From assembly GCA_963764725.1 (NCBI GenBank), contig CAVXTM010000011.1:320001-384000 (forward strand): DNA of 64,000 bases, read 5' to 3'. The DNA comes from an uncultured Gammaproteobacteria bacterium. Its GTDB lineage: Bacteria > Pseudomonadota > Gammaproteobacteria > JACCXJ01. The notes beneath the pieces are model-generated. The model was given only the letters and a program-made list of their open reading frames with translations. It did no database searches and had not been told where the DNA came from. Position numbers and translations under genes: made by a program. This document shows, in pieces, positions 11,591 to 21,953 of this stretch; the first letter of the stretch is position 1, and every line of letters starts with the position of its first letter.

Positions 11591-12226
11591 TTGCCAGTGA
11601 CTGACTTGACAACGGCCCACGGCTCCCATGATCTCGCCGGAAAGATCAATGCCCTGCTACCGCAGACACAGTGCCGTCGATGCGGGTATGCGGGATGCCG
11701 CTCTTATGCCGAGGCCATTGCCCGCGGCGAGGCCGGCATCAATCGATGTCCACCGGGTGGCAGCCATACGATCGAACGGCTTGCCGGCCTGCTAGGGCGC
11801 CGACCCCTACCTCTCGATCCTCGCTACGGCGCCGAGCAACCGCTCCGTACCGCGCGTGTCATCGAGGAGCTTTGTATCGGCTGTACGAAGTGTATACAAG
11901 CTTGCCCGGTGGATGCCATCCTCGGCGCGGCAAAGCACATGCACACCGTGCTTCAGGATCTCTGTACGGGCTGCGACTTATGCCTGCCGCCCTGCCCCAT
12001 GGATTGCATCGAAATGATCCCGGCCGGCCTCAATTGGGATCAAACGCACGCAGACGCCGCCCGCGCACGCTTCGAGGCCCGCAATGAGCGGCTCGCAATT
12101 CCTACCGAAAACGCGCCCGTAGCCGATGCCGCGGCGCGGCTGGCCGAGATCGAGCGTGATCCGCTTCGCCGCAAGGCCGAGATCGCCGCGGTGATCGCCA
12201 GGACGCGTAATCACCGATATCTGTAG
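11591..12226 (+). CDS. rnfB: RnfB/RsxB-like iron-sulfur protein
   Basis: [20 protein letters not shown], two CxxCxxCxxxCP motifs. Confidence 0.82.
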   Translation: MPVTDLTTAHGSHDLAGKINALLPQTQCRRCGYAGCRSYAEAIARGEAGINRCPPGGSHTIERLAGLLGRRPLPLDPRYGAEQPLRTARVIEELCIGCTKCIQACPVDAILGAAKHMHTVLQDLCTGCDLCLPPCPMDCIEMIPAGLNWDQTHADAARARFEARNERLAIPTENAPVADAAARLAEIERDPLRRKAEIAAVIARTRNHRYL

Positions 12227-12287
12227 TTTGTGTGATGCGTCCCGCCAGTGCTTGAGCCGAAAGCAGCTTGGCCGTGCCGCCCGTTTA

Positions 12288-12434
12288 GAGCTTGTGAAGA
12301 AATCGTAGCGAGCACCACGCCCGCCCGCGAGGCGCGCGGCGCGCAGGAACCGCAGTGTATATGGAAATACATGAGGATTCCGAGCACCGCGCAACGATGC
12401 GAGCGGGCTGCGCAGTAGATTTATTCACAAGCTC
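12288..12434. mobile_element. 147-bp MITE with terminal inverted repeats and TTA target duplication
   Basis: Left end GAGCTTGTGAAGAAATC; right end reverse complement GAGCTTGTGAATAAATC (16/17); TTA at 12285-12287 and 12435-12437. Confidence 0.82.
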
Positions 12435-13019
12435 TTAGCGCTCCGGTACCATCTGCGGAGAGGGGGTCATGCGCGCCGAGCCCGCTCCCGTGCGTTCGAG
12501 CGTCGGATCGAAGCGGTCGGTCACATTGGTGACGATGAATAATAACACCAATGCGATGCCTACCCCGGTGGCGAGATTGGTCGCCAGCGACGCCCGAAAC
12601 AAGTGGCCGGCGATCACGACGTTAACCAGAACCAGCGGAAAGATCACGACGTTTCTAAAACCCTGCACCAACGGGACATCCGGTATCAAGCTGATTAACC
12701 CCAGTGAAAAGATGATGGCCAACCCAAATCCCGAGGCGATACTGGTAAAGGCTGTCAGCATTTGGGGGGCCCGGAACGTCACTCCGCGCACCGCAAGCAA
12801 CAATACGATGATCCCCACCGTAATCGCGGTATCGGTTAATCCCATAATTACCGCCGATCCGATCGGCACTTTGTAGATATAAACGCCGAAGCGAATAAGC
12901 GTGTAGACAACAATGCTCGTGAGCAGCAATGCATAGGAGGCTGGGAGGTGCTGAGGACCTTTCTCAAGCCGAGTGATCCCAGCCAGCGTATCGACGAATG
13001 TTTTTACTGCATACAACAT
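12435..13019 (-). CDS. Hypothetical multi-pass membrane protein
   Basis: 194 aa with about six hydrophobic segments; GPQHLPAS motif near the N-terminus. Confidence 0.7.
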   Translation of the reverse strand: MLYAVKTFVDTLAGITRLEKGPQHLPASYALLLTSIVVYTLIRFGVYIYKVPIGSAVIMGLTDTAITVGIIVLLLAVRGVTFRAPQMLTAFTSIASGFGLAIIFSLGLISLIPDVPLVQGFRNVVIFPLVLVNVVIAGHLFRASLATNLATGVGIALVLLFIVTNVTDRFDPTLERTGAGSARMTPSPQMVPER

Positions 13020-13165
13020 ATCAAGTCCTCACATCAAGCCGGGCGGTGAAAACGCCGCGGCAAATCAGGTTGTAATCGCGTCCTTCACGCTTTCGCGTGC
13101 GCCGCAGGAAGGCGCGCGTTGCGTCCTGTAGTCTATGTCAAAAATCTTGGATTAGAAATGCTGAT

Positions 13166-14074
13166 CTAATACAAGCGCGTCACGCGATACCCAGCCCGCT
13201 CCAACAACGCCGGCACTCCTTTGTCCCCGACGAGGTGTAATGCGCCGAGCGCAACAAAGGTATTCCCCTCCTTCAGCCACGGCTGCACGCGTGCGGTCAT
13301 GCGGCGATTGCGTTTCCAAAGCAGGTTGTCCAGGAAGCGTTCGTAGTAGTGCGCCGGTCTGGTTTCATACTTGCCGGCAAGCGCCAGCAATCCCCCGAGG
13401 TCACGCTTTAGATATAACGCGGTCAGCGGCTCGAGGTCTTGCTGCAGTAGCTCGTAGTGGCAAACGGCATCCTTAAGCAAGGCTATTTGGTCTTCTAGGC
13501 GCAGACCACCCAATACCCCTGCCTGTTCCGCAAGCGACTCCAGACCCGAAATCGCCATCCCATTCGCCTTGGCTCGTTGCATTAACGCGAGATCGAGCGG
13601 TAGCAGGCTGGAAGGCGGAGGTACGCTGAGCGTCACATACGCGGCCCAAGGCTTGATGCGATGCGCGATTTCCGCCGTAATACCGTAACGGGCAAGAAGC
13701 GGTTCAGCCGCGCCTGCGAGTTCCGCGCCCACCTGCGCCTTGAATGAGGTAGCATCGCCGTAAAACATCAGCTTTGAGAATTCGGCGATGCCGGCCTCAT
13801 CGGGCACGGCCTCCATGACAAAGCGGCGGCTTTGCTCGAAGCTGGACGAGACCACTCGGGGCAAATCGAGCACGCGCCGATCGCCGAGATGAATCGTGCC
13901 GAAGATATGACTCGGTGGAACACCCGCTTTCGAGATGCGAAATAAAAGCCCCTCCGTATACTTGCCGACGGCAAAGGCGGCAGGCGTCGTGGCGGGCACG
14001 AGCGGTTTGCATTCGAGCGCCCGACACGGCCCCGCGAGACTCCAGAGCAGCGCAACGGCCAGCAACCGTTTCAT
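13166..14074 (-). CDS. TraB/GumN family exported protein
   Basis: Signal peptide, SHIFGTIH, GLESLAEQ, RNRRM, FVALGALHL. Confidence 0.87.
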   Translation of the reverse strand: MKRLLAVALLWSLAGPCRALECKPLVPATTPAAFAVGKYTEGLLFRISKAGVPPSHIFGTIHLGDRRVLDLPRVVSSSFEQSRRFVMEAVPDEAGIAEFSKLMFYGDATSFKAQVGAELAGAAEPLLARYGITAEIAHRIKPWAAYVTLSVPPPSSLLPLDLALMQRAKANGMAISGLESLAEQAGVLGGLRLEDQIALLKDAVCHYELLQQDLEPLTALYLKRDLGGLLALAGKYETRPAHYYERFLDNLLWKRNRRMTARVQPWLKEGNTFVALGALHLVGDKGVPALLERAGYRVTRLY

Positions 14075-14081
14075 CGATAAA

Positions 14082-15113
14082 TCACGCCGCTGTCTCTTGG
14101 TTCGCCAAAGCGGCGACGGTCGCCCTGGCTGCGCGCCGGCGCTCTACCAGCGCTCGCTCGCTCCCCACCGCCCGGCCGCGCATGCGCGAAAGCCGCGCCT
14201 CACTTAGCGGTTCACGCAAGGCGCTCAATGCGTCCAGCGCCGCGGGCAGCGCCCCCGGTCGATTGCACATGAGCACCATATCGCAGCCGGCCGCGAGTGC
14301 GCGCTGCGCGCGTTCGCTGTGAGCACCGGCCCCACGGGCGCCCGCCATATCGATGTCATCGCTGAAGATGGCGCCCTGAAATCCGAGATCCTGCCGCAAC
14401 ACCTGCCGCAGCCATACCTCCGAGAAACCGGCGGGCACCGTGTCCACTTCGGGGTAAATGACATGCGCCGGCATGACGGCGTCTAGTCCCGCGCGAACCA
14501 AACCCGCGAACGGCGCTAGATCCGCGCTAGTTATCACCTCAAGGCTCCGGCCATCCACGGGAATCTCGCAATGGGAATCCGCCGCGACCGATCCGTGACC
14601 GGGAAAGTGTTTGCCGACACCCGCCATACCCGCCTCGTGCATTCCATCGAGATAGGCCTGAGCGAGCCTGGTGACCGTCCGCGGGTTTGTATGGAACGCC
14701 CGGTCTCCAATCACTTGACTCACCCCGATCCCAAGATCGAGCACGGGCGCAAAGCTGAAATCGACACCCAGGGTACGCAGCTCGATCGCCATGAGCCAAC
14801 CATATTCCCGAGCCATAGCCCGGGCGCGTTGCGGATCCTTGTCGTGGAGCCGGCCCAATGCCGCGCAGGGAGGCAGCGCGGTAAAACCAGGACGGAAACG
14901 TTGCACCCGCCCCCCTTCGTGGTCGACGGCCACGAGCAAGGGTGGATCGCGCACAGCATGCACCTCCGCGACAAGGCGCGCGAGCTGCTCGCGGTTGGCG
15001 TAATTGCGCGTGAAAAGGATCACGCCGCCCGCGGCCGGATGAACCAGCAGATCCCGTTCGACGGGCATCAGCTCGGGCCCCTGGAGATCGAACATGAGAG
15101 GACCTAATGGCAC
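14082..15113 (-). CDS. nagZ: Beta-N-acetylhexosaminidase
   Basis: [20 protein letters not shown]. Confidence 0.95.
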   Translation of the reverse strand: MPLGPLMFDLQGPELMPVERDLLVHPAAGGVILFTRNYANREQLARLVAEVHAVRDPPLLVAVDHEGGRVQRFRPGFTALPPCAALGRLHDKDPQRARAMAREYGWLMAIELRTLGVDFSFAPVLDLGIGVSQVIGDRAFHTNPRTVTRLAQAYLDGMHEAGMAGVGKHFPGHGSVAADSHCEIPVDGRSLEVITSADLAPFAGLVRAGLDAVMPAHVIYPEVDTVPAGFSEVWLRQVLRQDLGFQGAIFSDDIDMAGARGAGAHSERAQRALAAGCDMVLMCNRPGALPAALDALSALREPLSEARLSRMRGRAVGSERALVERRRAARATVAALANQETAA

Positions 15114-15191
15114 GTGGATTTAGCTTGCATTTCGGGACACCGAGCACAACATAGGATATCCTATTTTCGCACGCAGCCGAGCGCCTGCACC

Positions 15192-15677
15192 ATGCATATC
15201 GAGATCAGACTGCGGCAACAAGAACTCTGGCTACTGTACGAGCGCAACATCGTTCGCGGCTATTCCGTCTCCACCGCCAAGAACGGTCCCGGAGAAATGG
15301 AAAACAGCGAATGCACACCGCGCGGGTGGCATGCGATCTGTGAAAAGATCGGCGCGGGTTGCGCGAGCGGCACGGTGTTCGTTGCCCGCCAACCGGATGG
15401 CAAGGTCTATATTCCCGAGTTTCGCACCCTCTATCCTGGAAAGGATTGGATCCTCACGCGCATACTGTGGTTAACCGGCTTACAGCCGGCCTTTAACCAG
15501 GGGGGTTCGGCCGACACTAAGAATCGCTTCATATACATTCACGGCGCCCCCGATGACGTCGCGATGGGCACACCGGGATCGCGCGGTTGCATTCGTATGC
15601 GTAACGCCGACATAATCGATCTCTTCGACCGAGTCGAGCTCGGTACCCGCGTCCTGATCCGGGATGATCCGCTCTAG
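15192..15677 (+). CDS. L,D-transpeptidase (YkuD domain)
   Basis: IYIHG...SRGCIRM catalytic motif. Confidence 0.87.
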   Translation: MHIEIRLRQQELWLLYERNIVRGYSVSTAKNGPGEMENSECTPRGWHAICEKIGAGCASGTVFVARQPDGKVYIPEFRTLYPGKDWILTRILWLTGLQPAFNQGGSADTKNRFIYIHGAPDDVAMGTPGSRGCIRMRNADIIDLFDRVELGTRVLIRDDPL

Positions 15678-16440
15678 AGCCGACACCGAGCGGTGCGCGC
15701 GGCCGGCACGGGTCAAAGCGCTTAAGCGCCGCGTTGCCCGCACGCTCAGCAAACTTGCGAACGATCTGTTCTACTTGGTGTACCGCCCCGAGTGGTCCGC
15801 AGTTGACGAACTGATCACAAAGCATTCCGCTGACAGCAGCGACTTCTTCTTCGTGCAGATCGGCGCCAATGACGGCGTGACCCACGACTTCTTGCACAAC
15901 TACATTCGCGCGTATCGATGGCACGGCATCCTCGTCGAGCCTGTCCCGGCATACTGCGATCTCCTGCGCGCCCATTACCAAGGTGTTCCCGCTGTCGTCG
16001 TCGAGCAGTCGGCGATCTCGATCTCCGAGGGCACCCGAACTCTTTACCGCATCGATGATCCCGCCGCCGAGCTTCCGGCCTGGTCCAAAGGCCTCGCCTC
16101 GCTGCACCTCGACGTCATCAAGAAGCACCGTTGGGTGATTCCGGATCTGGAAGACGCGATCGTCGCTGAGCCGGTGCGGTGTATCACGCTTGCAACCTTA
16201 ATCCGCAAGCATCAGGTCGAGAAAATCGATCTCTTGTCCGTCGATACGGAAGGCCACGACTTCGAGGTAATCAAGCAGATCGACTTCGCGCGCTTTAGAC
16301 CGCGGATGATCATCTACGAGCATAAGCACCTGTGGCGCGAGACGAGGCGGCACTGCGAGAACCTGCTGACGGCCCAAGGCTATCAGCTTACGAAGCACCT
16401 GAGTAATACCTTGGCGTATCTACCTTTAATCCGCGACTGA
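15664..16440 (+). CDS. FkbM-family methyltransferase
   Basis: FVQIGANDG, ILVEP, DTEGHD, IIYEH. Confidence 0.85.
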   Translation: MIRSRADTERCARPARVKALKRRVARTLSKLANDLFYLVYRPEWSAVDELITKHSADSSDFFFVQIGANDGVTHDFLHNYIRAYRWHGILVEPVPAYCDLLRAHYQGVPAVVVEQSAISISEGTRTLYRIDDPAAELPAWSKGLASLHLDVIKKHRWVIPDLEDAIVAEPVRCITLATLIRKHQVEKIDLLSVDTEGHDFEVIKQIDFARFRPRMIIYEHKHLWRETRRHCENLLTAQGYQLTKHLSNTLAYLPLIRD

Positions 16441-17724
16441 TTGGTTTGCCGGCGGCTCCAGCAGGGGCATCAAAATCGCCATGACGCGGTCCACGGCGCC
16501 GCGGTTCTCGGCTACCACCGCTTGAGCGCGGCGCCCGGCGGTTGCACGCAAGTCGGGATCGGCGAGCAAGATCAGAAGCCGGGACAGAAGCTCGTCCGCA
16601 TCATTGATGACCCACGCGGCTTGGGAAGCGGTAAGAAGACCATACACGGCGGCGAAATTGAAGATATGCGGGCCGGTGACGATGGGGATCCCAAGGGCGG
16701 CGGGCTCGAGGGGATTGTGACCACCCACGGCGACGAGGCTGCCGCCCACGAAGGCCACCTCCGACAGCGCATAGAATAACGGCAGCTCTCCGATCGTGTC
16801 CGCGAGAAACACGTCCGGCCGCTCGCTCGAAGGGGCGGTGCGCCTTGCAGTTGCGAAGCCCCGCTGGCGGCAGAGATCAAAGACCTTTTCGAAACGCTCG
16901 GGGTGACGCGGCGCCAGCACCAGCAGCAGTCCGGGATCGCGCTGGCGCAGGACCGCGAACGCCGACAACACCGCCGCTTCTTCACCCTCGTGGGTGCTAG
17001 CGGCCATCCAAACCCGCCGGTCGGGAGCGAGCTCTTGCTTCAACCGCAAGGCACGGTTTTGGAGATCGCCCGGGGCAGTGACGTCGAACTTGATGTTTCC
17101 GGTTACATGCACCCGAGACTCGGCCGCGCCGAGCGCCATGAACCGCTCCGCATCTGCCCGCGACTGCGCGGCGACCGCGGTGACCGCCGCCAACATCCCG
17201 CGCATGCTGGCCGGCCAGCGCCGGTACCGGGAGAACGACCGCTCTGACAACCGTGCGTTGGCGATGACCACTGGGATCCACGCGCGGCGGCAGCAGTGCA
17301 ATAGGTTGGGCCAGAGCTCGGTTTCCATGATCACCAAGGCGGCGGGGCGAGCTCGTTCGATAAAGCGCGCTAACGCCGCGGGGAGATCGAAGGGCAGGTA
17401 GCAATGCCGCACCTCATCGCGAAATAGGCGCCGCACCATGGCCGCTCCGGTGGGGGTCGTGGTGGTCACCAAGATCGTGATCGGCGAGATGCGCGCCCGC
17501 AGTGCATGCACCAGCGCGGAAGCCGCTTGCGCCTCGCCGACCGAGACCGCATGTACCCACAGGTTGATTCCAGCCGTGGGGAGCGTCGGCACAAAGCCCA
17601 GGCGTTCCCGCCAGCGCTCCCGATAGCCACGATTGCGCACGCCCAAGAGCGCAAGCCGGACCAATAACAACGGCGTCAGGAGATAGAGGACGAGGGTATA
17701 GATCCGCTGCAAGCGTTCAGCCAA
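16426..17724 (-). CDS. waaA: Kdo transferase
   Basis: WVHAVSVGE, METELWPN, APRHPERF, GGHNPLEPA. Confidence 0.95.
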   Translation of the reverse strand: MAERLQRIYTLVLYLLTPLLLVRLALLGVRNRGYRERWRERLGFVPTLPTAGINLWVHAVSVGEAQAASALVHALRARISPITILVTTTTPTGAAMVRRLFRDEVRHCYLPFDLPAALARFIERARPAALVIMETELWPNLLHCCRRAWIPVVIANARLSERSFSRYRRWPASMRGMLAAVTAVAAQSRADAERFMALGAAESRVHVTGNIKFDVTAPGDLQNRALRLKQELAPDRRVWMAASTHEGEEAAVLSAFAVLRQRDPGLLLVLAPRHPERFEKVFDLCRQRGFATARRTAPSSERPDVFLADTIGELPLFYALSEVAFVGGSLVAVGGHNPLEPAALGIPIVTGPHIFNFAAVYGLLTASQAAWVINDADELLSRLLILLADPDLRATAGRRAQAVVAENRGAVDRVMAILMPLLEPPANQSVAD

Positions 17725-18653
17725 TTGAGGTATTTGCGCACGCCTTCTTCCAAGGCGAGAAAGGGGCGGTCGTAACCGAGCGCCCGGAGCGCGCCGAGAT
17801 CGGCCTCGGTAAACGCCTGATAATGGTCGATCAGCTCCTTGGGAAAGGGAATGTACTCTATCGCTCCTTTTCCGTGCCAGGCGATGACCGCCCGGGCTAA
17901 GTCATTAAACGAACGGCTGCGGCCGGTGCCGAGGTTGAAAATGCCCGAATGCTCACCATGCTCCAGGAACCATAGGCACGCGGCAACGACATCGTCGATG
18001 TAGACGAAATCGCGCCGCTGTTCGCCGTCGCCGAAGCCGTGGCTGGCGGAAAAAATCCGCACCGCGCCGTGCTCCCGCAACTGGCGATCGAGATGATAAA
18101 CGAGGCTCGCCATCGGTCCTTTATGGTCCTCGCCCGGGCCATAGACGTTAAAAAAACGCAGTCCCACCACCTGCGCCGGGAACGTTGGGAGCCGGCGCCG
18201 GACATAGTCATCCAAGAGCAGCTTGGAATACCCGTAAACGTTGAGCGGGGTCAGCGCGGCTTGCGATTCGGAAAACGTCTCACTGCACCCGTACACGGCC
18301 GCGCTCGAAGCGTAAACCATCCGTACTCCGTGTTCCAGGCAGTACTCGAGCAACTCCTTGGAATATTGATAGTTGTTGCGCAGCATGTAGCGCCCGTCCC
18401 AGAGGGTGGTTACAGTGCAGGCGCCGCAATGGAATACGATTTCGGGACAAACACCCAGCTTGCGATTGCATCGCAACTCGGCAATGAAATCATCCTTGTC
18501 CCAGTAATCCCGGATCCGACAGTGGGTTAGGTTTTTGAACTTCTCTCCGCGTTCGAGGTTATCGACCACCAGGATGTCATCGTGGCCATTGGCATTCAGC
18601 CCTTTAATGAGTCGACTGCCGATAAAACCGGCGCCGCCGGTGACCAGGATCAA
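17676..18653 (-). CDS. hldD: ADP-L-glycero-D-manno-heptose 6-epimerase
   Basis: ILVTGGAGFIGS, YGYSK, RFFNVYGP; TTG start overlaps the hldE stop. Confidence 0.93.
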   Translation of the reverse strand: MILVTGGAGFIGSRLIKGLNANGHDDILVVDNLERGEKFKNLTHCRIRDYWDKDDFIAELRCNRKLGVCPEIVFHCGACTVTTLWDGRYMLRNNYQYSKELLEYCLEHGVRMVYASSAAVYGCSETFSESQAALTPLNVYGYSKLLLDDYVRRRLPTFPAQVVGLRFFNVYGPGEDHKGPMASLVYHLDRQLREHGAVRIFSASHGFGDGEQRRDFVYIDDVVAACLWFLEHGEHSGIFNLGTGRSRSFNDLARAVIAWHGKGAIEYIPFPKELIDHYQAFTEADLGALRALGYDRPFLALEEGVRKYLNWLNACSGSIPSSSIS

Positions 18654-20086
18654 AGCGGCTCGGTCTCGCGCACGCGGGCCAACTCCGAGAGGATCCTCGA
18701 GGTCGAACACCCTTCTTGGTAACGCAGAGTCACCACCTGCCCGCCGGTGGCGATGACGCAGTCATGCCCCGCGATCTCCGTGACGGCATAGTCACCGCCC
18801 TTGACCAGCACGTCGGGCGAAACGCGGCAGATTAAACGCCTCGGGGTGTCTTCCGAGAACGGCACCACCCAATCCACCGGCTTCAGCGCCGCGAGGACCT
18901 CGATGCGTTGCTCGAGCGGATTCACCGGCCGGCCCAAGCCTTTGAGGCGGGCTACCGAGGCATCGTCGTTCACCGCGACGACCAAGCGGGATCCCAATTT
19001 CCGCGCCTCACCGAGATAGCGCACGTGACCCGCGTGCAACACATCGAAGCAACCGTTGGTCATGACGATGCGCTCGCCACGCCCGCGGGCGAGCGCGATG
19101 CGCTCGATTAAAGCCTCTTCGGTCACCACGGCGGCGTCGGTAGCGCCGGCCCCGTTCCAAGAAGCCTCGATCTCCGCTACCGTGACCGCCGCCGCGCCGA
19201 GCTTCGCCACGACCAAGCCGGCGGCTACGTTCGCCAGCGCGGTCGCGCGTTGCAGGTCGAACCGCGCGGCAAGACCCGTGGCCAAGACGGCAACTACCGT
19301 ATCCCCGGCGCCGGTGACATCGTACACGTCGCGCGCTTTGGCCTCCAGATGGCACGCTTCGCCGTGGCGCGGAACGAGCGTCATGCCGTGCTCTCCGCGC
19401 GTAACCAACAAAGCTTCGAGATCCATGGCGGAGCAGAGGTTGCGCGCCTTGAGGATGATCTCATCCTCGCTCGCGCAGGGACCGACAACAGCGCAGAATT
19501 CCTTCAGGTTCGGTGTCATGATAGTGGCGCCAGCATAGCGGGTAAAATCATGGCCCTTCGGGTCGACCACGACCGGCTTTCCGGCGTCGCGGGCGAGCTT
19601 TATTAGAGTATGCGCATCCATTAACGCCCCTTTGGCATAATCTGACAAAATCACGATGTCCGCGGCGGGAAGGTGATGACAAAAATCATGTGTAGGTCCA
19701 TCGCGCTTCGGTATGGCTGACGGATCCTCAAAATCGAGCCGTAGCAACTGTTGATGTTGGCTCAGCACGCGGAGTTTGGTGACCGTGGTGAATCCTTCCA
19801 CGCGGGTCAGGGCACAAATGACGCGGTGCTTTTGAAGCTGTTCCAAGACCCGATGCGCGGCCTCGTCGACGCCGGTGATCCCGATGAGCGTGACGCGGGC
19901 TCCAAGGCTGGCCACATTCACGGCGACGTTAGCGGCCCCGCCGGGACGATCCTCGCTGTCCGTGATGCGCACGACGGGTACCGGCGCCTCGGGCGACACA
20001 CGAGTGGTTGCTCCCGACCAGTACCGATCGAGAATGACATCGCCAACCACCAAAACCGAGGCGGTATGGAAGGAGAGGGATACCAT
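18650..20086 (-). CDS. hldE: Bifunctional heptose 7-phosphate kinase / heptose 1-phosphate adenylyltransferase
   Basis: RVSPEAPVPV, DVTGAGDT, TNGCFDVLHAGH. Confidence 0.95.
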   Translation of the reverse strand: MVSLSFHTASVLVVGDVILDRYWSGATTRVSPEAPVPVVRITDSEDRPGGAANVAVNVASLGARVTLIGITGVDEAAHRVLEQLQKHRVICALTRVEGFTTVTKLRVLSQHQQLLRLDFEDPSAIPKRDGPTHDFCHHLPAADIVILSDYAKGALMDAHTLIKLARDAGKPVVVDPKGHDFTRYAGATIMTPNLKEFCAVVGPCASEDEIILKARNLCSAMDLEALLVTRGEHGMTLVPRHGEACHLEAKARDVYDVTGAGDTVVAVLATGLAARFDLQRATALANVAAGLVVAKLGAAAVTVAEIEASWNGAGATDAAVVTEEALIERIALARGRGERIVMTNGCFDVLHAGHVRYLGEARKLGSRLVVAVNDDASVARLKGLGRPVNPLEQRIEVLAALKPVDWVVPFSEDTPRRLICRVSPDVLVKGGDYAVTEIAGHDCVIATGGQVVTLRYQEGCSTSRILSELARVRETEPL

Positions 20087-20275
20087 CGCTATCGGCTTGT
20101 CGTCGCTAAAGAGATCTAACAGCTCGAATGGACTACGGGAATAGTACCATACAGCCTGGCGGCGGTCGGCTAATAGAAGCATTTCGACTTCCCATCGTAG
20201 CCGACTTGCAGCGGCCACGAGATACTCTCTAGAGTGGTACCAACCTAACCGAATCGTTGGCCCTTAACTAAAGCC

Positions 20276-21013
20276 ATGCTTCGATCCTACCTCCGCGCGA
20301 CGGCTATCAACCTTCTCGTTTCGCTCACGGCGCTTGCTGAAATCCCGCAACCCTTCTCCGTCTCCTATTCGTTGCACACGAACGGTCTAAAGGTGGGCGA
20401 GTCCGTGCGTGTGCTCGAGAAAGACAAGAACGGGCGGTATGTTTTTCGTTCCGAAAGCCGCTCCAGCGGGATCATTGCGCTTTTTCTTAAGGATCATGTC
20501 ATCGAAAAAAGTACCTGGTTACTCTCCGGAGAAGACATCCATCCGCAGCGCTACGTCTATCGTCAAAGCGGCAGCAAAAACAGCGTCCAAACCGTACGTT
20601 TCGACTGGCGCGCCAAAACGATTGATAACCGCGAGGATAACAAGAGTTGGCGTTTACGCTTGACGCCGAACCTGCTCGACAAGTTGGCATACCAGATCGC
20701 CATCATGCGCGATCTGGCCGCCGGCCAACGCTCCCTCTCCTATCAAATTGTCGATGGCGGCGAGATCAAAGACTACCGTTTTGCGTATCTCGGGGAGGAA
20801 GTGGTGGACACGCCGCTCGGACAGATACGCGCCGTCAGACTCGAACGGCGGCAAGGAAAGAGTAAGCGTTCGACAACGTTCTGGTGCGCGATTCGGTGGC
20901 GGTATTTACCCGTGCGCGCGGACACCACTTTGAGAAACGGCAGGCGCATCACGGCGCTTATCGAGCGGGCAACGGGCATTCCCGCCCTGCGCGACGAACC
21001 AAACAGGCGCTGA
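20276..21013 (+). CDS. DUF3108-like exported protein
   Basis: Signal peptide; GEEVVDTPLGQIRAV and TTFWCA..WRYLPV resemble this family. Confidence 0.7.
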   Translation: MLRSYLRATAINLLVSLTALAEIPQPFSVSYSLHTNGLKVGESVRVLEKDKNGRYVFRSESRSSGIIALFLKDHVIEKSTWLLSGEDIHPQRYVYRQSGSKNSVQTVRFDWRAKTIDNREDNKSWRLRLTPNLLDKLAYQIAIMRDLAAGQRSLSYQIVDGGEIKDYRFAYLGEEVVDTPLGQIRAVRLERRQGKSKRSTTFWCAIRWRYLPVRADTTLRNGRRITALIERATGIPALRDEPNRR

Positions 21014-21055
21014 GCGCGCAGGCTCGTGAAGCGGTGGCGGCCCGCTGCTCCGTAG

Positions 21056-21778
21056 TTACGACCGGCCCTTCCTTACATATTGAATCAGTTGCTCCGCCGG
21101 AACGTAGCCTCCCAACTCCTGCCCGTCTTCGCTGATAAGGGCGGGCGTACCCCTCACCCCCATGCGCGTTCCGAGCTCGTAATGCGTCTTAACAGGATTA
21201 TCGCAAGTCGCCGCTGGCACGGGCTTGCCGGCTTTGGCCTCGGTCAGGGCCGCGTTTCTGTCTGTAGCACACCAGACCGATTCCGATTTTTTGAAGGATT
21301 CCGAGCCTACGCCCGTGCGTGGAAATGCGAGATACCGGACCGCGATACCCGCCGCGTTCAAGGTCCCGACTTCCTGGTGGAATTTACGGCAGTAGCCGCA
21401 ATCGACATCGGTATAAACGTACAACACGTGCTGGGTGTCCGGCGGCGCAAACTCGATCATGGTATTGGGGGGAACTGCCTTTAAGCCTGTAATCCGCGCC
21501 TGGGCCCGCCGCTCGTCGCTGATATTCCTTTTGTCCTTCAGATCCATCAGATCGCCTTTTAATATGAAGCGTCCGTCATCGGAAACATAGATCACCTCTC
21601 CTCCGAGCACGACCTCGTGCATCCCCTTGAGCGGCGCCGGGCGTATCGACGCTATCTCGATCCCTGGTAAGGCTTCGCCAAGAACAGACCTAAGCCTTTG
21701 TTCCACCGCAGTATCCGCCAAGACGACGGCATGTGCGACGGACACGGTTCCCGCTACGATGGCCATTAGTATTCGCAT
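21056..21778 (-). CDS. dsbC: Thiol:disulfide isomerase DsbC
   Basis: TDVDCGYCRK, RYLAFPR, GVRGTP. Confidence 0.92.
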   Translation of the reverse strand: MRILMAIVAGTVSVAHAVVLADTAVEQRLRSVLGEALPGIEIASIRPAPLKGMHEVVLGGEVIYVSDDGRFILKGDLMDLKDKRNISDERRAQARITGLKAVPPNTMIEFAPPDTQHVLYVYTDVDCGYCRKFHQEVGTLNAAGIAVRYLAFPRTGVGSESFKKSESVWCATDRNAALTEAKAGKPVPAATCDNPVKTHYELGTRMGVRGTPALISEDGQELGGYVPAEQLIQYVRKGRS

Positions 21779-21953
21779 CTCATATTCCTCGCTTATGTTC
21801 CCCCGGATGGGTACTTCCTTCTGACCCGATGTTAATTAAGTATGTTCCTATCACGTCCGGCAAATTCGGTTAGCGCGGAAGGCGTGAACGTTCTAAAAGG
21901 ACCCGTGTAACAGCCGATATACACCGGCACAGAGCCAGGACGCCCTACCGACG

